This document shows positions 23,360-34,470 of a DNA stretch of 64,000 nucleotides, in pieces (positions within the stretch are counted from its first letter, which is position 1; every line of letters begins with the position of its first letter). The notes under the pieces are model-generated. The model was not told the DNA's origin. It saw nothing but the letters and a program-made list of their open reading frames with translations, and ran no database searches. The translations under genes and the position numbers were made by a program. The DNA is from Amphiscolops sp. MND2022. Its lineage: Eukaryota. The stretch is taken from positions 52,702,001-52,766,000 of the forward strand of contig OZ076409.1 of the NCBI GenBank assembly GCA_964187785.1, in the 5' to 3' direction.

Positions 23360-24340
23360 GAGGAATTTAAGACCTTATTCCATTCCAGTGGTTCTAGATC
23401 TCATTCCACTGAAATAAGAACCAATGTACAAAGTGTTTTGGACCTTTTCGCTGGTTTTCTGCATAGAATTGGAGAAATATCGTCTATCTGGGGAATTTTA
23501 GATCTGATTCCAGATGTTTCAGTATTTATTCCAGTGACTTTAGATCTTATTCTTTAGAGGATGATTAGAATCTAAAATCTATTGATACTATTCCGTTGGA
23601 TACTGTTCATGGTCCTTGATTTTAGATCTTGTTGACTTTGGATCTTATTCCCGTTTTTGACATTAGGTCTTGTTTTTTATAGGTACGTATAACGTCTATA
23701 GGAATTACGTCTAAAATCCAATGTTCTGATATAGGGAATGAGCATGACTTGGTTTTTGTTGTTATTCCCCTTCTGCGTTTAGACGTTATTCTTTAGACGT
23801 TTTCAGCGTGCTCAATCACTATATTAAAAACATTGAATTTTAGACGTTATTCCCGAAACAGTTTAGGACGTTATTCGCGCCCCTAGTTCCAGATGCTTTA
23901 GCCCGTATTCGAATGGCTTCAGATCTTATTCAAGTAAATTTTAAATGTTTTAGTGGTTTTAGTTTCTAATAGAATGATTTTAGATATAATTCTAGTGCTT
24001 TTAAATCGTATGACTGTAAATTTTGTAATTTCCAGTGGTTTTAGTTCTCAATTTAGTGGTTTTAGATTTTATTCCTGTAATTTTTTGCGTACAATTTTTT
24101 TTCAGGGGATTTCAGTACGAAATGGGAGAATATATCTTTGTTCTGGAGAATTTCACATCTTATTCCGGTGCTTTTTAGATTTTCCAGTAACTCTAGTTTT
24201 CATTTCAGTGGCTTCACATATCATTCCAGTGCTTTTAATCTTTATATCAGAGGTTTTAGTCCTTATTCAAATGACTTTAGATCTTATTCCACTGAAAAAA
24301 GGGTTTTTGGAACTTTCCAGACGTTTTCAGTCAGAAGTTT
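23360..24340. repeat. Degenerate ~19-20-bp tandem array (TTTAGATCTTATTCCAGTG-like)
   Basis: Many diverged copies of TTTAGATCTTATTCC; same motif inverted at 47190-47290 and 54360-54400. Confidence 0.65.
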
Positions 24341-24495
24341 TGTGTTTTCCCAAGATGGAGTCAATTACTTCGATGATCTGAAAGTTTTGAACGATTTTTT
24401 TCTTCCTTTAGTGGGTACATGAATTCTTAACTTGGAACAACTACCGATCACGTTGGAATAAGCTTCGCCTGTAATTTCTGGGAAACGATCATCAT

Positions 24496-26855
24496 TGTTA
24501 CGACATATATCCTGGTCGTTTTGTGTTGAACTTATCCTAACTGATCTAGTAGGGTGTAGAAACTCCTAGTTTCATTTTCCATCCCCTCTTCAACATTCTC
24601 TCTTGTTTGAGGTTTCAAGAGCTTCATCATTTCCTTTTGGGATTCAATTAGGAGATTCTTAATCTGGGAGGTGATTTCCTCCTTCAGAGATGCTCTCAAA
24701 CTTTCTAGAAGGCTATTTTCAATCCTGGGGGATTTTGGTTTTGAAGGCCCCGCCGAACTAACGTCTTGTTCTGGAAAACAAGGATCCTCTCCTACTACTG
24801 GTGAAACGAAACCATCACTTACATTTTCACTATTTCCCTGTTGGAAGTTCTTTCTCTTCTGACTTCGAGTTGTAGACATTTCAATGGAGAAAAGATTTTC
24901 TGATGGGTTGAATTTCTTTTCAAGGTTTTCAACAAAGTTGAGTTAAAATGAGGTTGAGACAAGCAAGTTTGAAACAACTGATTATCGCAAGAGGCAAAAG
25001 ACTGAGTCCCTTAATCATCAAATTTCACCGTATTTATACCTTCCCAGCATCATTTGATCACGACTATAATCCCTAATTTTCCTCGAACAATTAGTCATTT
25101 CCTGTTTTACCGATGGAAAAATCACGAAGTTCCCAAATTTGCGTCGACATTTCGTCAATTTTTAAGACACGGCAAATTTAAACTAGCATTAGTCATCAAA
25201 CATGATCATATCATTTTATCCCGGCGTACTTTTGCTTCCTCCCAAGCAGCAAGTAAATATTACTTCAGTCTGTCAAACCGGAAATGTTTCCCTGTTTTAC
25301 TGCCTTGGTTCGCGGGAAATTGACGCTGAGATGACGCTGACGTGAACAACAAATACTTGATTTTGAAATTCGGTTTGATCAAAATGCTATGACTAATCAC
25401 AAAGCAGGATTATTTGAATGATGCTAAGACGAATTTTTAATGAATTTGGACTCATTCTTTTGTCGGGAAAAGAATTAAAACTCATGGTATTAAAATAATA
25501 CACCATTAACAAATTTGTCATGTCGCGATAAGTGCGACAGATTTCACAAGAGTAACAGCAACATTTGTTTGATAGCAACAGCAACATAATGAGTTTAATG
25601 AATAGCAACATTGAACTGGTATTTAAATATGATCACAATCATAATTATAGAATAGCATCTGAGATCGTCGGGTACAAAAATGCAAAAGATATGAAAATAC
25701 ATCTTTTGTACAAAATACATTTTAGTTGAAGACGTACACTGTGACTTCCTGTTTGTTCTGCTATGAAATTTCGTAATAAAAATAGCCTATGCGAGGAAAT
25801 TCCCTTATTATTGAAAACACATGACGATTAATTGACGTGGATTTGAATTATCCTATGCGTGCCAAAAATATACCTAAAGTCAGAACTTTAAATCGCGGAA
25901 TCTTTGCAATACACTTGTTTTACAATCTGAAATAGTCTGCAATTATCTCTCCCTAGGAAATAACGGCGTTAGTGCGACGAACACTTGGCTGAATTCAGCG
26001 AATTCATTCCTTTTATTCAATTTCATAAACTTGTCAACGTCATGTTCACGAGTTTTCTTGGCAGAATTTAAGCTTCATAAACTTGTCAACGTCATGTTGA
26101 CGAGTTTTCTTGGCAGAATAGAGATTTTGACTAGTTTGACGCAATGCTGACGAGTATTTTAGAAATGAGTCTCTCGCTAGCTGCCCGAGCAGTGACGTCA
26201 CAGCAGCGGTAAATTGGATTGATTTCTAGCAATGCTATTAGTTTAGGCGGATAATTGGAATGATTTCCTGGTACGCGTATGCGAGGCAGTGACGTCAATT
26301 GGTATACCTTCAAACTTGTCTGCGTCTTACTGACGACAAATATACATGTATTCTTATTTTCTCCGCTGCCGTGTTTACTCAGCGCAATATTGACGTCCTA
26401 AATCACACTAATTGCTATCCAAAGAGTAATTAAGCTGCCTTTCTAAGAAAAGTCTTAATCCTTTCGGTGTGCCTTCTCAGAGTATTTTCCATTTTAGATC
26501 TGATTGATGTTCTTTTTGAGAGATGACTTTGACTATGCTTTCATTTAGATTGGGCTGTGGTTTTCTTTTTTCTAAGCGTGTTTTAATTTAGTTTTCAGGT
26601 GGCGGATGTCATTGAATTGACGTGGCAAAAGCGTCTCAACCGGAAATGTAAGATTCAATTTAGCACATTCATTCTTTGTAACTAGTTTCATTTGAAATTT
26701 CCGTTGATCAGACGTAATTTTGTTTTCTTAGTCACAGTTTAATAATTAGTTTTGATAGTTAAAGTAAGTTTTTTCGAACCTCGCGGTGCAGCCGTGGCCT
26801 CTCCCGAAGCCAACTCTTAAACACCCACAACCCAGTCCGGGAGCGGACTGTGACA
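24496..26855 (-). repeat. 3' LTR of element B (contains gag N-terminal copy 24532-24879 and the end of the accessory ORF)
   Basis: Direct repeat of 40461-42790 with scattered substitutions and small indels. Confidence 0.95.
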
Positions 26856-27501
26856 GGGCCACTGTCATAGGTCTTATCGTCCTCCCTTGGAAACTCGGTT
26901 GGTAGAGAGGGTATTGTAGCTCGTAGACATTTGGGTCAACTGCTTGGTCCCTGGATGGAGGCACTACTGCCGGGCCCCTTTCTTCATCTAGCTCGTTTTG
27001 AGATTCCTTCTTCTGCTCTCCCCAAACTCTCAGAGGGCCGCGGGGGGATTCAAAGTAAGAGCTGGCATCGTCCTCTTCTGCTTGTCTTATGAATTCAGCA
27101 ACTTTACTGCTAGTCATGGAGGACGTTTCTTCTTCGTGAGGTTTCTCTACGACAAACACATCTGAATTCAGAGAGGGGTCAGGACTTTCCGTCGAGTCCG
27201 CTATTATTTCCTCCTCGCTTTCTGATTGAGGGTATTGGCCCGATTCTACTGTTTCAAAACTTGTGTACGATTCACTGAGTTTCATCCTTTTACATTCAGT
27301 TTCCAAGGAGTTTAAGGAAAGATCGAGAAATTCTTCCTCATCTGCCTCGGCTTCTGCAGACGAATTTAATATCTCTACTACTATTCTAGGGTATATTTCG
27401 CTGTCTCTAGGCAGTGGGGTAGAAGATCTTGTAATTTCGCCTTCCTCTTCGCTTGACGATGAAATGTCGAATAATTCGTATATGTCCAGTAAACTGTTCA
27501 T
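26746..27501 (-). CDS. Acidic Ser/Glu-rich accessory protein (251 aa) overlapping the PPT site and U3 of the 3' LTR
   Basis: Intact ATG-initiated ORF; last ~36 codons inside the LTR; C-terminal motif conserved with the element C ORF. Confidence 0.7.
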   Translation of the reverse strand: MNSLLDIYELFDISSSSEEEGEITRSSTPLPRDSEIYPRIVVEILNSSAEAEADEEEFLDLSLNSLETECKRMKLSESYTSFETVESGQYPQSESEEEIIADSTESPDPSLNSDVFVVEKPHEEETSSMTSSKVAEFIRQAEEDDASSYFESPRGPLRVWGEQKKESQNELDEERGPAVVPPSRDQAVDPNVYELQYPLYQPSFQGRTIRPMTVALSQSAPGLGCGCLRVGFGRGHGCTARFEKTYFNYQN

Positions 27502-27966
27502 CTTCTTTATTTGACTTCTCTCCTCTGCGACTGTTGATCGTATTTTAATTGTTCCACAATGAATTTCAGCTTATTTGGGATTAAGGAGAATATTGGGAAA
27601 AATCCCTCCATTCTGATTGGCTGTTCAATCATTTTAATCCTTTTAAACCTCAGGTGTTGACGTTATGTCGACTTTGCATTTTTATTGGCTTTAAATTGAA
27701 ATAATTTACTTAGCCAAACTTGTCAACGTTATGCTGACGTCATTTTCGTTAGCTGAGCTAACTTTCAGGGTTTGTCACCGTTATGATGACGTCATTGTAG
27801 ATTACAGGATTAATTTCTTAACCCTAGTGACCTTTTTGCCGACGTTGTGCCGACGTCAGTTTCGTTGGCAATTAGCCAACTTCCATTTTTGTCACCGTTA
27901 TCATGACGTCATTTTGTTGTTGTTTTCACGTCTTCTCTCGTTTCAGATTTCTTGCTAGTTTCGACA
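27502..27966. promoter_or_regulatory. Putative bidirectional promoter between two head-to-head accessory genes
   Basis: Spacer between ATG 27501 (-) and ATG 27967 (+); multiple TGACGT(CA) motifs, CCAAT boxes; conserved in element C. Confidence 0.6.
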
Positions 27967-30900
27967 ATGGATTCTGATGTGGGTCCCTGTGTTCAAAGTG
28001 GACATGAGACACAATACTTGTTTTCGGAGGGGGACATCCATGAAATGATCCTTTGATTTCCCAACCTGCCGTTGGTAAGTTCATCATTCCCCGATCCATT
28101 AAGCTGTTGTGAATAATACTAGTTTCAGATGGGCCTTTTCCTGATTTCGCATTTTCACAGCTTAGATTTTCTGACGCGTCGATTTGGGAATGATGTTTCA
28201 GCTTCTGTGTCAGCAGTGTCTCCTCCTGTGTGCGCTGCTCCTGCCCTTGCTTCTGGGGTTTCTCTTCCAGCTGATTTGACTGGAGTTTCCATTGAGCCGG
28301 TCAAGGCTAGTTCTGCTGAGTGTCCTGTCGACGACCTGGATGTGACTCTGGGGGCACTCGCACGACAGCTTGTTTCTTCTTCCGCAGTTGTTCCTCACGG
28401 AGGTGAGGGTTATCCCCCCTCCTAGAGTTGTTGAGTGAGAAAGCGGGGAGCGGCAAGGGACTTCCGAAGGGACTGGTGGAGAGTTCTGGAAATCGTCTCC
28501 TCGATTCACTGGTTTCCTACCTGGCTTCAGTCGGACTTTTGGTGCACAGGGATCGTCTCCAATACCCAAGCGTGGTAAGTATACTGTTTGTTTGGGGTGG
28601 TCATTTCTGGTTGTTTGTTAGTAGTATAGCATTGGTGATTGGTTGACATCATTGTGATGTATTTCTAGTTGATGGTTTTGATATTTGCTAATTCTGGTGA
28701 GGAAAATTCCGTGGTCAATGAGGCTTCTCAACAGCTTCGTCCTGGTACTTCTCGAGGCACTGGCAGAGTCGTGCAGTTCAACTTGGGTTGTAGTGGTGAC
28801 GAAGAGGTCGAGGAATCAGTTTTGCCCCGGGGTTCAACATCCAGGGGAGGACGAGACGTAACTGCCGTCACTAGTACGGATGTTCACGCTGTGGATCCAT
28901 TTGTTGCCAGTAGGTACAGTTTATTTTGGGTGATGGGGGAACGTCTTGTTGTAAATGGTTTGGTTATCTTTAGTGGAGGAGTAAGGATATGAGTGGTTAC
29001 TGTTAGGGTTTTCCTCTATCCCATTGAGGATGTGTTTGTTGTTTCAGAGTTCGAAGAGTTGCTTAGACGAATGGAGATGACTCTCGATGATGCTTCTCGT
29101 AGTCGGAAACGAAAGTATAGCCCTCGAAATCGATTGCGGCGGGATATGGTTACTGGGAATCCCATTTTCGAGCTTTTCGTCAGTGGGTCCAATACTGGGT
29201 CAGACAAGACCTTCCACTGCATGCTCTGCCAGCGGGACGTGTCCATGGAGTCGCGGGGGGCAGCTGAGTTTACCCGACATTTCTTTGGCAAGCGGCACTG
29301 GCAGCTCGATGTGGCCTATCGAGTTCGAAACAACATGCCGATTTACAATGGACTGATGGACCCAATGGTACCCAACGAGAGTCAACTGGCAGAATATCGC
29401 GAGTGGCCTTCAAAAGGCAAAAGTGAGGATTTGGCTTCCCTGAGGACTTACTACCGGCATGTACCCAGGTCAATTCGAGTGTGCCATTGATGACAATGGT
29501 TAATTGTCTTGTTGTGCTGTTGCGTTCCGGAGGGAGTTATACGCTGCTACGAAGACTGTGGGGGAGTTTCCGGGCCACTTTGGGTCGTGACAGTCCTCTT
29601 TACAGCTTGAATTGGAGACAGGCTGAGTCATTGGTTAGTTGTAGTTTTTGCAATATCTTCCTCTCTTTTTTCTCTCTTTTTTTCTCGGTGATTAGCGTCA
29701 TCCGTTTGTGTGCGTAAGGTTGGATGACGGTCAGTTTAGGTTGTGTTTTATTCGCTGATTTGTCGTGCACTATTTCCACGGGCCTTACGTCTGCTGATCT
29801 CTCGCATCTCAGCTTTCCGGGAATACAGCATATTCTTTGTGGAGGATGACGAGTCACATAGGTGCTTCGTGCAGACATGGAACGACCATATCCTGATGAG
29901 CGTTTGTGTCTGGGTGGAGCCTGTGGGGCAAATCGTTCCAAAAGCGGAGTTGTCGGGGTTGTCGCGGATTATCGACAGTACGACGTCGTGCCAGTTGCCT
30001 CTCTCGTGTCATGGAGGCAGCCTCACACTCATGCGCGTTCTCAGCGAGAACCGGATTGACAATCGGAGTTTCATTGTGTACCGGGAGTTCAGCGTGGACG
30101 TGTTCTTGCATTGCTTCCGACTTGCCTATCAGGAGACGATCGGAGGACTGGAGGTGACAACAATGGCCGATTTCCTTGTCCTCCGCCTGCGGGGTGCCTT
30201 GCAGGAATCCTGGCTAGAGAATGCGACTGCATTGCGTCGATGTGTTGCTGCAGGACGAGTTCCCTTCAACGATCTCTGTGGTGTCGTGCGAGATTTGATC
30301 TCTGTGTGGCGTTCCGTTCGGAAATTCATCAAGGAAAGTGCTCCACGACAAATCAAGACTGAGGCTGACAGGGTAATTCGCTTCAATTGTATCATTTTGG
30401 ATCTTGTTTGGTTGGGGGGGTTTATGTGGTCATATCCTTCTCTGTTGTTTTATTTCTCTTTTTTTCTTTTTTTTCGACTTGTCCTGTTTTGATTGGTTGG
30501 TAGTAGACTAGAGCATTTGGTTTTGTACTATTCACGGTCTTCCTTGACTGTTATAGATGCGTGGTACAGACTGGACTGTGTATTCTGATTGTATTGGCGA
30601 ATTGCGCTTGGGCTTGTTGTTACACATTCTGGAGCTGTACCATTGTTCATTCAAGAAACAAATGTCCGGACGATCAGATTACAGCTTTCACTTCTATACG
30701 GAAGTGTGTCAGTTTGTGTATTGTTTGCTGTCCCGCACCCGAAAAATCGCCTCGCTCCCTGAGTTGAATAGTTGGGAGGAGTATATGGATGAGCAGAGAG
30801 TCGATGAGTTTGAAAACGTTGCCGCTTCCGACTTTTTGCGTAATCACTCTTTTGGTGTTGTGTTGCAAGGCCGTAAAGATAGTGATGGCCGATCCTTTCG

Positions 30901-32020
30901 TGAACAGTGTATTAAATTTATGGATCGCCTAGTTGATGCTGTTCTTATGCAGCAGCCTGTAACTGGGGAGTTTTTTTGTGGATTTTATGCCTTTTCTCCT
31001 GAGTTGCTGTTGGAGGGCGACGACTATCGCATGTTGGAGCTCTTCCGAAAAATGGTGCGTGTGTTGGAATCCAGCGGATGCGTCACATCTTTGGAGTCAA
31101 GGACTGCCGTCGAGGAGTATTCGACTTTTGTTGTAGATGCCCGGAAACGTCATATGGTCGGTGGAAGTAGCGCTGAAGATATATCTGATGTTAGGCAGCA
31201 TTTGTTGTCGGATTATAGTTTCCTGTCACAAAAACCTCTGTGCCGCGTTTTCAAGTTATGCTGCTTGGTCGTCTTGAAGCCCCGTAGTGGCTTCCCTGTC
31301 GATATTGTGCCTACTCATTGTGAAGTGCCGGAGTGGGTGGTGGCCACATGCGTGAGTGGCGTGCAGAGTAGTGTTTCGTCTAGCGATTTTAAATTGAGTA
31401 CTTTCTTCACCAAGTTCACTATGAATGAAGTTCGGGATTCAATTGACGCTGCTCAGACGTTCATGTCGCAAGCGGACTTCGATCCATGGGCAGGAATCTG
31501 TGGTGGTGGTGGTGGTCAGGCTGCTTTTGTGGAGCGCTACACAGATTTATTCAACGCGCGGGTGAGTCGCAAAAAGAGCAGAGTTTCCCAGCAAGTTAGT
31601 GCTTATGATGAGTCCAGTCGGGGTGTGCAGCCTGGTGACGACGATGGTGTTTCTGCTGCTGTTCTTTATGATAGTGCTGCTTCAGCGGTATCTGCACCTC
31701 CTGTATCTACGTCAAGTGGTTCGAATTCGTTCAGACAGAGCAAAACTCCTATTCATAGCAGTTTAGCTTCATTACTGGGGCGAAAGAAAGATGCGTCGAA
31801 AAGTAGTAGTCAAGTCGTGAAGAAATCCAAGAGGGAGTCTAAGAAATCTGTTACCAAGTGTGGGGTTCAAGCTCGAAGAAAAATTGAATGTCCCCTTTTA
31901 GACTGTTGTCAAACTTTGTCGTATCGTAGACTTTGTAGTATAGATTGTATTATTTGTTTGTTTCTATGTTTGCATATTAGTAGCAGGAAAACCGGACGTA
32001 TAAAGTTCGGCTGGAGTTAG
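27967..32020 (+). pseudogene. Six-exon antisense accessory gene (~1100 aa) with BED/hAT-like zinc finger; exons 27967-28074, 28129-28574, 28669-28909, 29048-29633, 29740-30372, 30557-~31887/32020
   Basis: Five GT-AG introns with compatible phases (0,0,1,0,0); CMLC-x16-H-x5-H finger at 29218-29298; one TGA in exon 1 and 1-bp frameshifts near 28420 and 29428. Confidence 0.8.
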
Positions 32021-32135
32021 TCAGGTTGAGAAAAAGAAAAGAAAGGAAAGAAAAAAATTCCCAGGCCGTAGTATTCCTATAATTGAAAATCGTCAGATCG
32101 GATCGGTCTGGACTCCTGATATTATCTTTTTCTTT

Positions 32136-34470
32136 TTAGTGAGTCGTAGTCATAGCGTCAAGTCGTCTGAAGTCGGGATTCGCATTAGGTTTAGGATTAG
32201 ATAGCAAGTTATATTTTGCTATTTTCCTCGCATTATATCCAACAACTGTAGGCGGTGATCTTGGGGGAATAGGTGGGCTTTCAGTGAGGGGAGGGCGGCG
32301 TATATACGGGTTATCCCCCACGTCTGTAGTAAGGTTTGAAAAATCCGGTGACGGTGGTGCCACGTCATGCGTGTCTTCATTTTGATTGTCTGATATTTGT
32401 TGTGTGATCGTGTCGTCATCTGTGTTCACCACCTCTTGTGTGACTATTTGCTGATTGTTTTCTGCACTTCTTGTCACTTCGTGTTCGTCTATTTGTTTGG
32501 CAAAATCCATTTCCCACGATAGGGCATACCATTCATTGTGCGACACTTTGACGTCCTGATCAGGAAGGTTTTGATTTGTTCGTACTGTGACGTCGGGCAG
32601 TCGTTGTTCTGGCACGTAAGGACGTATTCTAATCCGATGTAACGTTTGTGTGTATCGTGTGCCAAGTCTTCGTATTGTGTAGTTGTTATTGGATAGTATT
32701 TTTATCACAATATACGGTCCTGTCCAGATGCAATCTTGGAACGCAAACTTTGTCGTTTGGTTGTCGGCTTTCGGGTTGAGGATGTAGCAATAGTCGTTTA
32801 ATTTGAATGGAGCTGCCGACGCTTTGCGGTCGTAATATTTTTTATATTTAAGGTAAGACAGCATGATGTTGTCTTTCGCTGTCGCTCTTACTTCGTCAAT
32901 TTGTTTTTGTAGCTGCTCTGCTATGTCCGAGTTGGGCGTAGTTTTCCACTTTGGCTTGATACCAAGTTTTAAATCGAGAACCTTGTAGGGTATACGTCCG
33001 TGGAATACTGTAGATGGTGCGCAGCCCAGTGTTTCGTGATATGTTGTATTATAATTCATGACTGCAATTTGAACATATTTGTGCCACATTGAACGTCTTT
33101 CTCCCGTCGATATTTTTAGTGCAGTCTTGATTGAAGCGTGTGTTCTTTTTAAAACTCCAATTGTTTGTGCATGTTTTGTGGACGCATGGCTGATTTGGAT
33201 TTCAAGAATCTGTGTTATTTCTGCGACAACTTCTGACCTGAATTGTGAGTCTTTATCTGATAAGATTAATGTTGGCAAATATGCATGTCTTGTCATGACG
33301 TCGACAATGCATCGTCCAATTGTCTTTGCTGTGGCATTCTGCGTTGGGTATGCGAATAGGTAACGCGAGAACACGTCGATCATTGTGACAATGATCTGGT
33401 ATCCTGCAGAGTTTGGTAGGTTTGCCAGTATGTCGATTTCGAGTATGTCTTCTGGTCCCAATACGTGTTCTGTATTGTTGATCCTTTTCGGTCGGATTTG
33501 GCTGTTGTTGATTCTTTTGTATTTGATGCAGTCTTCGCATTGCATTACCCATTGTTTGATCCTCTTTGCCAAGCCAGGGCAGTAATGTTTCGATCTGCAT
33601 TCATGGATCATTTTGGTGATTCCTGGGTGTTTTCCCATTTGTCCGTGAATGGCTTTCAGTAGTTCTGTGATTAGGTCTTCGGGGATTACTATTTGATGAT
33701 GCGTGACTTGTCCGCATTCCCCATAGTATTTTCGCATTAGGATTCCGTCTTTGACTATTAGTCTGTTTTCGTGGACTAGGAGGCGTTTGGCTTTCGGATC
33801 TGTTTGTAGTAGGTGTTTGTCATATTCTTCGCAGATCAATTTCCTCTTGATTGCTTTGAGAACCAAATCTGAGTCTTGTTCAACTCTGATGCGTGCATCT
33901 TCTTTGATGGCCCCAAAGGTGTATGATGCCTTGTTTATTGGGATTGGGGTTGTTTCTTTGATTGACAGTTTTATTTTCATCGTCTCCTCATCACGTGCAT
34001 TCTGTCTTGCTTGATCTTTCTGTAAAAGGATCTCTTCTTCTGTTCCAATCGTTTCCTCTGGGAGACAAAAGAGTTGTTCTTCATCTGTGACGTCCGTCGA
34101 TTGTAGGTTTACTTGTATTGGTTGGATCGTAATGTCGTTTCGGATTTTTAGTTCGACTTTTTCGTTAGGGTTAAGGTCAATTCTCGATAAGAAATCAGCA
34201 GCGATGTTTTGCGTTCCTGCTACGTGCATGATGTGAAAATTGAATTGTAGTACGTAGTCACACGCGTTCCATAGAGTAGGGGGAATAACTTTTGTTTGGA
34301 AAAACCTCGTTACTGATCTGTTTTCAGTCATTACAAGAGTTGGTAGGGTTGTTTCCCACAACATGTGGCTGTATTCTAAGAACGCGTGGTAGATTGCCAG
34401 AAATTCTTTGCAATAAATTGACATTTTCAGTTGCGCTGGTGAAAATACTTTTGATCCAAATGCTACAGGC
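32136..34470 (-). CDS. pol: Element B RNase H C-terminus and full integrase (duplicated copy; ORF 32136-34424)
   Basis: HGQMGKHPG...CEDC, EIDIL, LSDKD, WTGPY motifs; core E appears mutated (VLKRTH). Confidence 0.9.

Noticed and set aside
23953..24422. Hydrophobic ORFs as membrane proteins
   Set aside because: They are translations of the degenerate AGATCT tandem array
24532..24879. Separate gag gene or solo element
   Set aside because: It is the gag N-terminus duplicated as part of the 3' LTR of B
26746..32020. env gene at the usual post-pol position
   Set aside because: Neither accessory protein shows a signal peptide plus transmembrane anchor, and the large one is antisense and spliced
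27967..32020. Independent hAT transposon or host gene nested in element B
   Set aside because: No TIRs or 8-bp TSD seen, and a diverged homolog sits at the same position and orientation in element A
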